Shown here: one piece after another, positions 17,371-27,640 of the stretch
Layout: every line of letters begins with the position of its first letter
Position numbering within the stretch: the first letter of the stretch is position 1
DNA from: Acidiferrobacterales bacterium
GTDB taxonomy: Bacteria; Pseudomonadota; Gammaproteobacteria; Acidiferrobacterales; UBA6901
Direction of reading: 5' to 3'
DNA: 64,000 nt
NCBI GenBank assembly: GCA_036393295.1
Contig: DASWHF010000018.1
Span: forward strand, 2,634-66,633
Program-made: the position numbers and the translations under genes
Notes under the pieces: model-generated
The model's database searches: none
What the model was told of the DNA's origin: nothing
Seen by the model: the letters and a program-made list of their open reading frames with translations, nothing else

Positions 17371-19230
17371 TTATTCTTCCGCTGCGTGAAAACTGGCGTA
17401 AATGCGCCGGGCCAGATCGGCGCTGATGCCCGGCACGCGCGTCAGGTCCTCGACGCCGGCGCGCGCCACCTCCTGCATGCCGCCGAGATGCTTGAGCAAG
17501 GCCTGGCGGCGCTTGTCACCGACGCCCGGGATGTCCTCGAGGCGCGAGCGCACGCGCGTTCGGCCGCGGCGCTGGCGATGTCCGGTGATCGCGAAGCGGT
17601 GGGCCTCGTCGCGGATCTGTTGAATCAAATGCAGGGCCGGCGAGTCGGCGGGCAGTATAGTGGCCGCGGCCGCGCCGGACAAGAACAACTGTTCCCTGCC
17701 CGGCTTGCGCTCGACCCCCTTGGCCACCGCCACCAGCCGTACGCCCTCCACCCCCAGCTCGGTCAATATCTTCTCGGCGGTATGCAGCTGGCCCTTGCCG
17801 CCATCGATCAGGATCAGATCGGGCAGCGGCCGCTCCGGGAGCGTCGCCGCCTTGTCGTCGGGTACGCGCCGGTAACGGCGCTCCAGCGCCTGGGCCATCG
17901 CCGCGTAGTCGTCGCCGGCCGCGACCTGCTCGATGTTGAAGCGCCGGTAGTCGCTCTTGAGCGGCCCGTCGGGCCCGAACACCACGCACGACGCCACGGT
18001 CGCTTCGCCCTGGGTGTGGCTCACGTCGAAGCACTCGATGCGTTCCGGCAGTTCCTCCAGTCCGAGCGCCTCGGCGAGCGCCTCGAAGCGGTTGCGCAGG
18101 CTGGCGCGATCGTTGAGCAAGCGACGCAGCGCGTCGCGTGCGTTCACCGCCGCCAGGCTTACCCAGCGACGGCGCAGGCCGCGCGCCGCGCTCACCAGCT
18201 GCACGCGCCGCCCGGCCTGGGTGCTCAAGACCGACTGCAGCAGTGCCTGGTCCGGCACCGCGTGGCTGAGATACACCGCCGGCGGCACCTGGCGGTCGCG
18301 CGCCGCGCCCTCGGCCAGATAGAACTGCGCCAGGAAGGCGCCCAGCACCGCCGCCGGCGCCTCCTCGGCGCCGATGCGCGGGAAGAAGTTCTTGTTGCCG
18401 AGATTGCGGCCATTGCGGATGAAGGTCATGCTGACGCAGGCCGCGCCCTGCTCCAGGTCCAGCGCCAGGATATCGGCGTCGCCGCCCTCGCCGCTCACCG
18501 ACTGGCGCTCCTGCACCCGGCGCAACGCCGCGATACGGTCGCGGTAGCGCGCCGCGGTCTCGTAGTCCTGACGCGCGGCGGCGGCCTCCATGCGCGCCAC
18601 CATCTCCCCGGTCACTGCCTGGCTGTGGCCGTCCAGGAACATCACCGCGTGGCGCACATCCTCGGCATAGCTGGCGGCGTCGATATAGCCGACGCAGGGC
18701 GCGGTGCAGCGCTTGATCTGGTACTGCAGGCAGGGGCGCGAGCGGTTGCGGAACACACTGTCCTCGCACTGCCGGATCGGAAAGACCTTCTGCAGCAGAT
18801 TCAGGCTCTCGCGCACGCTGTACGCCGACGGGTACGGCCCGAAGTAGCGACCGCCCGCGCGGCGCGCGCCGCGATGGAAACCCAGGCGCGGGAATTCGTG
18901 GTCGGAGAGATGGATATAAGGATAACTCTTGTCGTCCCGCAGCGCGATGTTGTAGCGCGGCTTGAGCGTCTTGATGAGGTTGCTCTCGAGCAGCAGCGCC
19001 TCGGCCTCGGTGTGCGTGACCGTCACCTCGATGCCGGCCACCTGGGTGAGCATGTGCGCGATGCGTCCGCCGGCCGGCCGCTTTTGGAAATAGCTCGCCA
19101 CGCGCTTGCGCAGATCGCGCGCCTTGCCGATGTACAGCGGTTTGCCGTCGGCGTCGAGCATCCGGTACACGCCCGGCGCGCCGGACAGCGTCTGGGCATA
19201 GGTCTTGGGGTCGAAGGCGGGCTGACTCAT
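17371..19230 (-). CDS. uvrC: Excinuclease ABC subunit C
   Basis: 619 aa from MSQPAFDPKTYAQTLSGAPGVYRMLDADGKPLYIGKARDLRKRVASYF (GIY-YIG domain) to the C-terminal HhH. The ATG overlaps the upstream gene's stop (ATGA at 19227-19230). Confidence 0.95.
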   Translation of the reverse strand: MSQPAFDPKTYAQTLSGAPGVYRMLDADGKPLYIGKARDLRKRVASYFQKRPAGGRIAHMLTQVAGIEVTVTHTEAEALLLESNLIKTLKPRYNIALRDDKSYPYIHLSDHEFPRLGFHRGARRAGGRYFGPYPSAYSVRESLNLLQKVFPIRQCEDSVFRNRSRPCLQYQIKRCTAPCVGYIDAASYAEDVRHAVMFLDGHSQAVTGEMVARMEAAAARQDYETAARYRDRIAALRRVQERQSVSGEGGDADILALDLEQGAACVSMTFIRNGRNLGNKNFFPRIGAEEAPAAVLGAFLAQFYLAEGAARDRQVPPAVYLSHAVPDQALLQSVLSTQAGRRVQLVSAARGLRRRWVSLAAVNARDALRRLLNDRASLRNRFEALAEALGLEELPERIECFDVSHTQGEATVASCVVFGPDGPLKSDYRRFNIEQVAAGDDYAAMAQALERRYRRVPDDKAATLPERPLPDLILIDGGKGQLHTAEKILTELGVEGVRLVAVAKGVERKPGREQLFLSGAAAATILPADSPALHLIQQIRDEAHRFAITGHRQRRGRTRVRSRLEDIPGVGDKRRQALLKHLGGMQEVARAGVEDLTRVPGISADLARRIYASFHAAEE

Positions 19231-19940
19231 GCCGGTTTGGACGGTTTGCGCGGGGCGGCGTTCAACAGCGTCTCGATGCGCGCGAACACCCGGTGGAACA
19301 TCGGCTCGGTCAGGCGGCGCGTCTGGGTGTTGTAGCGGCTGCAATGATAGGAATCCACCAGTCGCCGTCCGCCCGGCAGCGCATGCACGGCGCCGTGGGC
19401 GAAGCGGTGATCGGCCTGGCGCAGGTCGAGGGCGCGCAGCACCGCCTGATGGGCGATGGCGCCGAGTGCCAGCACCACGGCGTCCGGCGGCAGCGCGGCC
19501 AGCTCCTGGCGCAGATAGCCGTTGCAGCCGCGCACCTCGGCCGGCGTCGGCTTGTTCTGCGGCGGCAGGCATTTGACGGCGTTGGTGATGCGGCATTGCC
19601 GGAGCTTGAGGCCATCGTCGCGGGCCACCGATTCCGGCCGGCTGGCGTAGCCGAAGCGGTGCAGCGTCGCGTACAGCAGGATGCCGGCATGGTCGCCGGT
19701 GAACGGCCGGCCGCTGCGATTGGCGCCGTGCAGGCCGGGCGCGAGCCCGACGATCAGCAGCCGCGGCCGCACCGCCCCGAAGGGCGCCACCGGTCGCGCG
19801 TGATAGTCGGGGTATTCGCGCCGCACACCCACCAGGTGGCGCGCCAACCGCGGGCATTGCGCGCAATCCGGGTCAAACGCGCTCACGGCGGCGTGCCTCG
19901 CAACGATGCCGTGACGGCAGCACGCGGCTTCCGGCCACAA
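19227..19940 (-). CDS. Uracil-DNA glycosylase superfamily protein (family 4/5-like)
   Basis: LLIVGLAPGLHGANRSGRPFTGDHAGILL...NAVKCLPP...VLALGAIAH. The start is uncertain; GTG at 19886 (VSAFDPDCAQCPRL) is plausible. Confidence 0.7.
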   Translation of the reverse strand: MWPEAACCRHGIVARHAAVSAFDPDCAQCPRLARHLVGVRREYPDYHARPVAPFGAVRPRLLIVGLAPGLHGANRSGRPFTGDHAGILLYATLHRFGYASRPESVARDDGLKLRQCRITNAVKCLPPQNKPTPAEVRGCNGYLRQELAALPPDAVVLALGAIAHQAVLRALDLRQADHRFAHGAVHALPGGRRLVDSYHCSRYNTQTRRLTEPMFHRVFARIETLLNAAPRKPSKPA

Positions 19941-20100
19941 ACGTAAACTTTAATAATATTCAATAACAATTTGTTTTATATATGAAAAGTAATATGTTTC
20001 CGAGGGGCCGATTCGCCGCCATTGGTCTGCGTGACATATCGGCGTAAGCCGTAACTTTACGGCGGTGGACGTTTTGGATAAAGCGCTTGAAAAGGGTGGA

Positions 20101-20163
20101 TTAGCCACGGGGGACACGGGGGAGATAATGTTCGCCAAGCAATTCCCCGTGTCCCCCGTGGCA
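20101..20163. repeat. GC-rich long-hairpin repeat, copy 1 (19-bp arms)
   Basis: ttaGCCACGGGGGACACGGGGGAG-loop-CCCCGTGTCCCCCGTGGCa, about 43 nt downstream of the speD stop. Confidence 0.6.
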
Positions 20164-20205
20164 GATATGAACTTTCGCGGCGCCTGGTCGCAAGCGCCGG
20201 CGCGA

Positions 20206-21102
20206 CTACTTCGAGATATTGGTGCCGTTGAAGATCTCCAGCACCTCGCGGCTGAGGCGCTGGGTCACGGTCTTTTTGTCCGGCGGGGTGAGGTCGGCCT
20301 CGGTGATGCCGAACAGGTAATTATTGAGATTGAAATCCCGGAGCATCATCTTGGTATGAAAGATGTTTTCCTGGTAGACATTGACGTCGATGGCGTGGAA
20401 GCGGTTGAGCGTCGGCTTGTCGATGAAGTTCTGGATCGAGTTGATCTTGTGGTCGATGTAATGCTTGACGCCGCGCACGTCGCGGGTGAAGCCGCGCACC
20501 CGGTAGTCGATCACCACCACGTCCGATTCGAAGGTGTGGATGAGGTAGTTCAAGGCGCGCAACGGCGAGATCTTGCCGCAGGTCGAGACGTCGATGTCGG
20601 CACGGAAGCTGCTGATGCCGTTGTCCGGATGGCTCTCCGGGTAGGTGTGCACCGTGATGTGGCTCTTGTCGAGATGCGCGACCACCGCCTCCGGCAGCGG
20701 GCCGGGCGCCTCGGGGTTGAGCGGCTCCTCGACGATCGGCTGCTCGGAGATCAGCATGGTGACGCTCGCCCCTTCCGGGTCGTAGTCCTGGTGGGCGATG
20801 TTGAGGATGTTCGCGCCGATGATGGTGGCGACCTCGGTCAGGATGGCGGTCAGGCGCTCGGCGTTGTAGGCATCGTCGATGTAGGCGATGTATTCCTTCT
20901 GGGCACGCTCGCTCTGCGCATAGCAGATATCGTAGATATTGAAGCTCAGCGTCTTGGTCAGGTTGTTGAAGCTTTCCAGCTTGAGCTTCTTCAGGGGTTG
21001 AATCAGATCGGCCAACGCTCGCGTTCTCCCAAATCGGTCATACCGCCGTATATAAAGTCGTCTTGTAGGCCAGATGGCGGGCGAATGCAATATCCCGATC
21101 AA
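20206..21102 (-). CDS. speD: S-adenosylmethionine decarboxylase proenzyme (E. coli SpeD type)
   Basis: [25 protein letters not shown]...[17 protein letters not shown] (self-cleavage K-S site)...[14 protein letters not shown] is collinear with my memory of E. coli SpeD. The true start is probably internal (TTG near 21015, or the codon before KKLKL). Confidence 0.9.
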   Translation of the reverse strand: MIGILHSPAIWPTRRLYIRRYDRFGRTRALADLIQPLKKLKLESFNNLTKTLSFNIYDICYAQSERAQKEYIAYIDDAYNAERLTAILTEVATIIGANILNIAHQDYDPEGASVTMLISEQPIVEEPLNPEAPGPLPEAVVAHLDKSHITVHTYPESHPDNGISSFRADIDVSTCGKISPLRALNYLIHTFESDVVVIDYRVRGFTRDVRGVKHYIDHKINSIQNFIDKPTLNRFHAIDVNVYQENIFHTKMMLRDFNLNNYLFGITEADLTPPDKKTVTQRLSREVLEIFNGTNISK

Positions 21103-22118
21103 GCCACATTGTGCACCAGGCTCAAGGCCTGCTGGTAGCCGGCGTCGGCCAGCAGCTGCTGCCGGCTCACCGGAAGCCGGCCGTGCAAGCGCACCAGGCG
21201 CAGGTGCGACACCGGGTTGTCCTGAATGCGCAGGCCGTCCAGCAGCGTGTCGGCGGCCGGCGGATCGTTGCAGGCCAGCACCATGTCGCAGCCGGCGTCG
21301 AGCGCCGCCGCGGCGCGCGCCACCATGTCGCCGGCCCCCTTGGCGCCTTCCATGGACAGATCGTCGCTGAAGATAACCCCCTGAAATCCCAGGCGTCCGC
21401 GCAGCACTTCCTTGAGCCAGAAGCGCGAGAAGCCGGCCGGCCGCGGATCGACGCGCGTGTAGACCACGTGCGCCGGCATGACGGCGGCCAGGCCGTAGTG
21501 GATCATGCGCTCGAACGGCACGATGTCCTGCAGAAGGATGTCCTCGAACTCGCGCTCGTCCACCGGCATCGCGACATGCGAGTCGGCGGCGATGCTGCCG
21601 TGGCCCGGAAAATGCTTGCCGGTGGCGGCCATGCCGGCGTCGTGCATGCCGCGCATATAGGCGTGGGCGAGGTCCGCGACCGCCTCCGGATCCGAGTGGA
21701 AGGCGCGGTCGCCGATCACCGTGCTGACGCCGCGGTTCAGGTCCAGCACCGGCGCGAAGCTGAAATCCACCCCGACCGCGCGCAGCTCACGCGCCATCAG
21801 CCAGCCACAGGCCTCGGCCAGGCGCAGCGCGCGCTTGCGGTTTTCGTCGTAGTGCTCGCCGAGCAGCGCCGCCGCGGGCAGCGCGGTGAATCCCGGGCGG
21901 AAGCGCTGCACGCGCCCGCCCTCGTGATCGACCGCGACCAGCAGCTGCGGGTCGCGCAGCGCGTGGATCTCGCGCACCAGCCGCTCGACCTGCCCGGGCG
22001 AGTCGTAGTTGCGCGTGAACAGGATGACGCCGCCGACCAGCGGATGGCGCAGGCGCTCGCGCTCCTCGGCGACGAGCTCGAGCCCGGCGACGTCCAGCAT
22101 GACGGGGCCGAGGCTCAT
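21099..22118 (-). CDS. nagZ: Beta-N-acetylhexosaminidase
   Basis: 339 aa from [38 protein letters not shown]...KHFPGHG...[11 protein letters not shown] (GH3 NagZ motifs). The start overlaps the upstream stop. Confidence 0.9.
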   Translation of the reverse strand: MSLGPVMLDVAGLELVAEERERLRHPLVGGVILFTRNYDSPGQVERLVREIHALRDPQLLVAVDHEGGRVQRFRPGFTALPAAALLGEHYDENRKRALRLAEACGWLMARELRAVGVDFSFAPVLDLNRGVSTVIGDRAFHSDPEAVADLAHAYMRGMHDAGMAATGKHFPGHGSIAADSHVAMPVDEREFEDILLQDIVPFERMIHYGLAAVMPAHVVYTRVDPRPAGFSRFWLKEVLRGRLGFQGVIFSDDLSMEGAKGAGDMVARAAAALDAGCDMVLACNDPPAADTLLDGLRIQDNPVSHLRLVRLHGRLPVSRQQLLADAGYQQALSLVHNVA

Positions 22119-22603
22119 GCGCCCTCCGCGAGGATCTGCACGCGCGTGCCGACCGGCACGCGCTCGAACAGTTCGATGACTTCGTCGTTGCGCATCTTGA
22201 TGCAGCCGTGCGAGCTGGGCACGCCCATCGGGTCCTCGTCCGGGCAGCCGTGGATATAAATGTAGCGGCGCATGGTATCGACCCGGCCGAGGCGGTTGCG
22301 GCCGGCTTCGAGCCCGCTCAGCCACAGGATGCGCGTCAGTATCCAGTCGCGGCGGGGAAAGCGGGCGCGCAGCGCCGGGGAGTAGATCTCGCCGGTCGGG
22401 CGCCGCGACACCAGCACCGCGCCGGCCGGCAGCCCGGCGCCGATCTTGGCGCGGATCACGTGCCAGCCGCGCGGCGTCTGCTCGCTGCCGTTCAATTCGC
22501 CGACACCCTTCGCGGCGGTCGCCACCCGGTAGCGACCGAGCACCGCGCCGCCGGCGTCGTGGAGGGTCAGGGTCTGGCTGGGCACGTCGACGTGTATATG
22601 CAT
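22115..22603 (-). CDS. L,D-transpeptidase (YkuD domain) family protein
   Basis: [33 protein letters not shown] is the YkuD catalytic H...C motif. Confidence 0.8.
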   Translation of the reverse strand: MHIHVDVPSQTLTLHDAGGAVLGRYRVATAAKGVGELNGSEQTPRGWHVIRAKIGAGLPAGAVLVSRRPTGEIYSPALRARFPRRDWILTRILWLSGLEAGRNRLGRVDTMRRYIYIHGCPDEDPMGVPSSHGCIKMRNDEVIELFERVPVGTRVQILAEGA

Positions 22604-22612
22604 GCGGCGCTA

Positions 22613-23989
22613 TTATGCCCGCGCATCCCGCACAAACAAGGCCAGCGCCTCGACGTGGCTGGTCTGCGGGAACATGTCCAGCGCCCCGGCCGCCTCCAGG
22701 CGGTAGCCCTTGACGTGCACCAGCAGTTCGCTGTCGCGCGCCAGGGTGGCGGGGTTGCAGGAGACATAAAGGATGCGCCGCGGGCCGCCGCCGTCGTCGG
22801 GCAGATGTTTGACCGCCTCCATGGCCCCGGTGCGCGGCGGGTCCAGCAGCCAGAGCGTGAAGCGCTCGCCGCCCCAGGGTGCGGCCCCCTCTTCCGCGTA
22901 GAGATCGGCGGCGCCGAACTCGACATTGCCGATGCCGTTCAGCCGGGCGTTGTCCCAGGCACGCGCCACCAGCCCGGCGTCGGCCTCCAGTCCCAGCACG
23001 CGTCCGGCGCGCCGGGCCAGCGGCAGCGTGAAATTGCCGATACCGCAGAACAGGTCCAGCACCCGGTCCTCCGGCGCCGGCGCCAGCAGCTCCAGGGCGC
23101 GATTGACCAGCCGCCGGTTGATCTCGCCATTGACCTGGATGAAATCCGTCGGCTGGAAGCGCAGCGTGAGGTCGTGGTCCGGCAACCGGTAACTCAAGGG
23201 CGGCGCCGGCTGCGGCCACAGCGGTTCGATGGCGTCGGGCGCGCCACCTTGTAGATGGATCTGCACCGAATGCGTCGCGCCGAAGGCGCGCAGCGCGGCG
23301 CGGTCGGCGTCGGTGAACGGCTCCAGGTGGCGGAACACCAGCGCGGCCTGCGGCTCCTCGGCGCCGTCGCCGACCGCGACCTCGATCTGCGGCACACGGT
23401 TCGGGCAGCTCAGGGACGCAATGAGATCGCGCAGGGCCGGCAGCAGCGCGGCGACCCGCGGGTGCAACACCTCGCAGGACTGAAGCGGCGTGATGTAGGA
23501 TTTGCGCTTCTCACGGAACCCGACCAGCACCCCGCCCTTCTTCTCGACCAGCCGCGCCCCGAGCCGGGCGCGGCGGCGATAGCCCCAGGCCGGGCCGGTC
23601 AGCGGCTCGAGCCAGCGCTCCGGCTCGACCTTGCCGATGCGTTCCAGGTCGTCACGCAACACCTGCTGCTTGGCCGGCAGCTGCGCCGCGCTCGCCAGGT
23701 GCTGCAGGCTGCAACCGCCGCACACGCCGAAGACCGGGCAACGCGGCACGACCCGGTCCGGCGACGCCGCCAGCACCTCCAGCACGCCGCCGGTATCGTA
23801 GCGGCGCTTCTTGTCGTGATAACGGAAGCGCACCGTCTCGCCCGGCAGCGCGCCGTCGATGAACACCGCCTTGCCGTCGACATGGGCGACGCCGATGCCG
23901 TCGTGGTTGAGCGATTCGACGCGGGCGACCGCGGTGTCGCCCTTCTTGGTCGTTACCGTGGCGGATTTTGGAGATTGCGATTGCATCAT
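22613..23989 (-). CDS. rlmD: 23S rRNA (uracil1939-C5)-methyltransferase
   Basis: N-terminal TRAM domain, an Fe-S cysteine cluster ([16 protein letters not shown]), and a C-terminal SAM methyltransferase with [15 protein letters not shown] and DPPRTG. Confidence 0.85.
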   Translation of the reverse strand: MMQSQSPKSATVTTKKGDTAVARVESLNHDGIGVAHVDGKAVFIDGALPGETVRFRYHDKKRRYDTGGVLEVLAASPDRVVPRCPVFGVCGGCSLQHLASAAQLPAKQQVLRDDLERIGKVEPERWLEPLTGPAWGYRRRARLGARLVEKKGGVLVGFREKRKSYITPLQSCEVLHPRVAALLPALRDLIASLSCPNRVPQIEVAVGDGAEEPQAALVFRHLEPFTDADRAALRAFGATHSVQIHLQGGAPDAIEPLWPQPAPPLSYRLPDHDLTLRFQPTDFIQVNGEINRRLVNRALELLAPAPEDRVLDLFCGIGNFTLPLARRAGRVLGLEADAGLVARAWDNARLNGIGNVEFGAADLYAEEGAAPWGGERFTLWLLDPPRTGAMEAVKHLPDDGGGPRRILYVSCNPATLARDSELLVHVKGYRLEAAGALDMFPQTSHVEALALFVRDARA

Positions 23990-24025
23990 TGAAGTGGTGC
24001 CGTGGGGTGCGGAAAATCGAATTCT

Positions 24026-24108
24026 GCCACGGGGGTCACGGGGGACACGGGGAGTAACATTGTTTAACCATTATTTCTCCCCGTGTCCCCCGTGCTCCCC
24101 GTGGCTAA
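24026..24108. repeat. GC-rich long-hairpin repeat, copy 2 (29-bp arms, inverted relative to copies 1 and 3)
   Basis: GCCACGGGGGTCACGGGGGACACGGGGAG-22-nt AT-rich loop-CTCCCCGTGTCCCCCGTGCTCCCCGTGGCtaa. The TAG stop of the exonuclease gene lies in its terminal ctaat. Confidence 0.6.
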
Positions 24109-24884
24109 TCACTCACCTTCCAAGCCTTGAGAAACGCCTGTAAGTGTGCGCGGTTCTCGGAATTCAGCAAATCGCGCACGCGTGCGATTTCCCCGTCGTA
24201 GCCGGCCGGCTCCAAATGGCCGCGGATCAGCTCGAAGCGCAGCCAGATCAGATAGGTATTGAGCACGTCGGTCTCGCAGTAGTCGCGGATCGCCTGGAGG
24301 TTGCCGGCCTGGTACTGCTCCCAGACCTGCGAACCGTGCATGCCGAGCTTGCCGGGCAGCCCCAGCATCTGCGCGATCTCGTCGAGCGGCGCGCAGGCGC
24401 GCGGCTGGTAGCCGGCCAGCACGTCCATCAGGTCGGTGTGGCGCGCATGGAAGCGGCTCAGGTAATTGTTCCATTTGAAGTCGCGATCGTCGTCGCCGGT
24501 GTCCCAGTAGCGCGGCGCGGCGACGCCGTGCCGGAGCGCGCGGTAATGCAGAACCGGCAGATCGAAGCCGCCGCCGTTCCAGGTCACCAGCGTCGGCGTG
24601 TACTTGTCGATGCCGTCGAAGAAGCGCCGGATCAGCTCGGCCTCGCCGGCCTCGATCTCGCCCAGCGACCAGACCTTGAGCGCGTCGCCGCTGCGCAACA
24701 CCGCCGAGATCGCCACCACGCGGTGCAGATGATGGCGCAGGAACTCCGAGCCGCCGCTCTCCTCGCGGCGCTTGTGGAACATCACCTTGGCGACGTCGTC
24801 GTCGTTCAGGTCCGCAAGCCCGTAGAGCCGCCGGCCGGTGGCGACGTCGGGGACGGTTTCGATATCGAAGACGAGTGTGTTCAT
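24105..24884 (-). CDS. Predicted 3'-5' exonuclease (PolB-exonuclease-like / RNase H fold)
   Basis: MNTLVFDIETVPD (ExoI DxE)...LVTWNGGGFDLPVL (ExoII)...YCETDVLNTYLIWLRF (ExoIII). Confidence 0.65.
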   Translation of the reverse strand: MNTLVFDIETVPDVATGRRLYGLADLNDDDVAKVMFHKRREESGGSEFLRHHLHRVVAISAVLRSGDALKVWSLGEIEAGEAELIRRFFDGIDKYTPTLVTWNGGGFDLPVLHYRALRHGVAAPRYWDTGDDDRDFKWNNYLSRFHARHTDLMDVLAGYQPRACAPLDEIAQMLGLPGKLGMHGSQVWEQYQAGNLQAIRDYCETDVLNTYLIWLRFELIRGHLEPAGYDGEIARVRDLLNSENRAHLQAFLKAWKVSD

Positions 24885-24900
24885 GTTTTGAAGTTTAGGG

Positions 24901-24985
24901 ATTAGCCACGGGGGTCACGGGGGACACCGGGAATGATTTGGTTTTGACCGGATTACCCCCGCTTCCCCCGTGCCCCCCGTGGCAA
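24901..24985. repeat. GC-rich long-hairpin repeat, copy 3
   Basis: attaGCCACGGGGGTCACGGGGGACACCGGGAATG-loop-CCCCCGCTTCCCCCGTGCCCCCCGTGGCaaa, lying between the exonuclease start and the cysM stop. Confidence 0.6.
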
Positions 24986-24991
24986 AATTAA

Positions 24992-25882
24992 TCATTCCGG
25001 AAACACACCGGTCGAGAGGTAGCGGTCGCCGCGGTCGCAGACAATGGCGACGATCACGGCGTTTTCAATTTCAGCCGAAAGCTCGAGGGCGCTGTGCACG
25101 GCGCCGCCGGACGAGATGCCGCAGAAGACGCCCTCCTCCGCCGCCAGCCGCCGGGTCATGGTTTCGGCCTGCGGCTGCGAGACCTCCATGACGCGGTCGA
25201 CGCGCTTGGGGTCGTAGATCTTCGGCAGGTAGGCCTGTGGCCAGCGGCGGATGCCGGGGATGGACGCGCCCTCGGTCGGATGCACGCCGACGATCTGAAC
25301 GTTCGGATTCTTCTCCTTGAGATAACGCGACACGCCCATGATCGTGCCGGTCGTGCCCATGGCGCTGACGAAATGCGTGATGCGACCTTCGGTATCGTGC
25401 CAGATCTCCGGGCCGGTGCCGAGGTAGTGCGCGGCCGGGTTGTCGGGGTTGGCGAACTGGTCCAGCACCCGGCCGCGGCCCTCGGCCTGCATCGCCAGCG
25501 CCCGGTCGCGCGCCTCCTCCATGCCGCCCTGCTTCGACACCAGAATGATCTCGGCGCCGAAGGCCTTCATGGTGGCGCGGCGCTCGGCGCTCATGTGCTC
25601 GGGCATGATCAGGACCATTTTATAACCCTTGATCGCGGCGGCCATGGCCAGCGCGATGCCGGTGTTGCCGCTGGTGGCCTCGATCAGCGTATCGCCGGGC
25701 TTGATCTCGCCGCGCGCCTCGGCGGCACGGATCATGTTGAGCGCCGGCCGGTCCTTGACCGAGCCGGCCGGATTATTGCTTTCGAGCTTGACCAGCACGA
25801 CGTTCGACGTCGCGCCCGGCAGGCGCTGCAGGCGCACCAGCGGGGTGTTGCCGACGAAGTCCTCGAGCGTGCGGGTGTGCAT
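24992..25882 (-). CDS. cysM: Cysteine synthase B
   Basis: GNTPLVRL...LESNNPAGSVKDRPAL (PLP lysine)...ATSGNTGIALAM...GTTGT. 296 aa, CysM-like length. Confidence 0.85.
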   Translation of the reverse strand: MHTRTLEDFVGNTPLVRLQRLPGATSNVVLVKLESNNPAGSVKDRPALNMIRAAEARGEIKPGDTLIEATSGNTGIALAMAAAIKGYKMVLIMPEHMSAERRATMKAFGAEIILVSKQGGMEEARDRALAMQAEGRGRVLDQFANPDNPAAHYLGTGPEIWHDTEGRITHFVSAMGTTGTIMGVSRYLKEKNPNVQIVGVHPTEGASIPGIRRWPQAYLPKIYDPKRVDRVMEVSQPQAETMTRRLAAEEGVFCGISSGGAVHSALELSAEIENAVIVAIVCDRGDRYLSTGVFPE

Positions 25883-25906
25883 GGCGGAATTGTACTGGAC
25901 GTCCCC

Positions 25907-27640
25907 TCAGCCTGCATCCGGATCCTGAATCTCCACCGCCACCAGCTGCACGGCGCGCGCGCCCTGGTACTCATTGACAGCCAGGCGATATGCCACGCGC
26001 ACGCGCCGCCCGCAAAGCTCGCGCCCCGTCGCCTGGTTGAAGGCAATCGCATCGAGCGTGCGGCCCTCGGGATGGCGCAGCTGCAGCTTCAGGTGTTTGT
26101 CGCCGACAACCCGCGCCGCCAGCACCTCGAACTCGCCGTCGAACAGCGGCTCGGGGAAGCCCTGGCCCCAGGGGCCGGCGGTGCGCAGCAGCTCCGCCAG
26201 GCCCAGGTCCAAATCGCCAGCGGCGAGCTCGCCGTCGCTGGTGAGCTGGCCGTGCAGCGCCTCCGCGCCCAGGTGGCGGCCGACCTCGTCGGCGAAGGCC
26301 GCGCTGAACGCGGGGAGCTTGTCGGCGTCCAGGCTCAGGCCCGCCGCCATCGCGTGCCCGCCGAACTTTTGCAGCAGGGCCGGATGGCGCGCGGCCACGG
26401 CATCGAGCACGTCGCGGACATGCACGCCCGGCACCGAGCGCGCCGAGCCCTTGAGCGAACCGTCACCAGCCGGCGCGAAGGCGATTACCGGCCGGTGCAC
26501 GCGCTCCTTGATGCGTGCGGCCAGGATGCCGATCACGCCCTGGTGCCAGGCCGGGTCGTAGAGGCACAGGCCGCGCGGCAGTTCGCCGTCGAGATGCAGG
26601 GCATCGAGCAGGCCGAGCGCCTGGGCCTGCATCCCGGCCTCGATGGCGCGGCGCTCGCGATTGAGCCGGTCGAGGCGTCCGGCCATCTCCTGCGCGGCCG
26701 CCGGGTCTTCGCTGAGTAGGCAGGCGATGCCGAGCGACATGTCGGTCAGGCGCCCGGCGGCGTTGAGGCGCGGCCCCAGCACGAAGCCGAGATCGGTCGC
26801 GCTCAGGTGCCCGGGCGCACGCCCGGCGACCGCCAGCAGCGCGCGGATGCCGGCGCAGGCCTGGCCGCGGTTGATGCGCGCCAGGCCCTGCGCGACCAGG
26901 ATGCGGTTGTTGCGGTCGAGCGGCACGACGTCGGCGACCGTGCCGAGCGCCACCAGATCGAGCCACTGGGCGAGATTCGGTTCGGCGACGTTCCGTTCGT
27001 CGAACCAGCCGCGCTCACGCAGCCGCGCGCGCAGCGCCAGCATCACGTAGAAAATCACGCCGACCCCGGCGAGATGCTTGCTCGCGAAGCGGTCGCCCGG
27101 CTGGTTGGGGTTGACGATGGCATCCGCCGCCGGCAGCACGGCGCCGGGCAGATGGTGGTCGGTGATCAGGACCCGCATGCCGCGCGCGCGGGCCGCCGCC
27201 ACGCCGTCCAGGCTGGAAATTCCGTTGTCGACCGTGATCAGCAGCTCGGGCCGGTGCTCGGCCGCGACCGCGACGATCTCGGGGGTCAGCCCGTAGCCGT
27301 ACTCAAAGCGGTTCGGCACCACGTAGTCCACTCGGGCCGCACCCAGGGTGCGCAGGGCGCGCACCGCCAGCGCGCAGCTGGTGGCGCCGTCGGCGTCGAA
27401 GTCGGCGACGATCAGTATGCGCCGGACGTATCGCAGCGCGTCCTCGAGCAGCGTCACCGCGGCGTCGATGCCCAGGAGTCCCTGCGGCGGCTCCAGCCGG
27501 TCGAGGCCGCGCGCGAGCTCGGCGGCCGAGGTGAGCCGGCGCGTCAGGTACAGGCGCTGCAGCACCGGGTGCAGGTCCGGCGGAAGATCGTGCGCGACCG
27601 CGTCCAGCGTGCGCCGGACGATCCGGCGTGCGCCGCTCAC
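25907..27640 (-). CDS. recJ: Single-stranded-DNA-specific exonuclease RecJ
   Basis: ILIVADFDADGATS, VPNRFEYGYGL, ITVDNGISS, VLITDHH and GGHAMAAGL are collinear with my memory of E. coli RecJ. GTG at 27640 overlaps the upstream stop (GTGA). Confidence 0.9.
   Translation of the reverse strand: MSGARRIVRRTLDAVAHDLPPDLHPVLQRLYLTRRLTSAAELARGLDRLEPPQGLLGIDAAVTLLEDALRYVRRILIVADFDADGATSCALAVRALRTLGAARVDYVVPNRFEYGYGLTPEIVAVAAEHRPELLITVDNGISSLDGVAAARARGMRVLITDHHLPGAVLPAADAIVNPNQPGDRFASKHLAGVGVIFYVMLALRARLRERGWFDERNVAEPNLAQWLDLVALGTVADVVPLDRNNRILVAQGLARINRGQACAGIRALLAVAGRAPGHLSATDLGFVLGPRLNAAGRLTDMSLGIACLLSEDPAAAQEMAGRLDRLNRERRAIEAGMQAQALGLLDALHLDGELPRGLCLYDPAWHQGVIGILAARIKERVHRPVIAFAPAGDGSLKGSARSVPGVHVRDVLDAVAARHPALLQKFGGHAMAAGLSLDADKLPAFSAAFADEVGRHLGAEALHGQLTSDGELAAGDLDLGLAELLRTAGPWGQGFPEPLFDGEFEVLAARVVGDKHLKLQLRHPEGRTLDAIAFNQATGRELCGRRVRVAYRLAVNEYQGARAVQLVAVEIQDPDAG

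Noticed and set aside
20101-24985. Iterated CACGGGGG units as a possible CRISPR array
   Set aside because: The units are contiguous, without spacers, and form the two arms of a hairpin. There are only three loci, each a single palindrome, and no cas genes.
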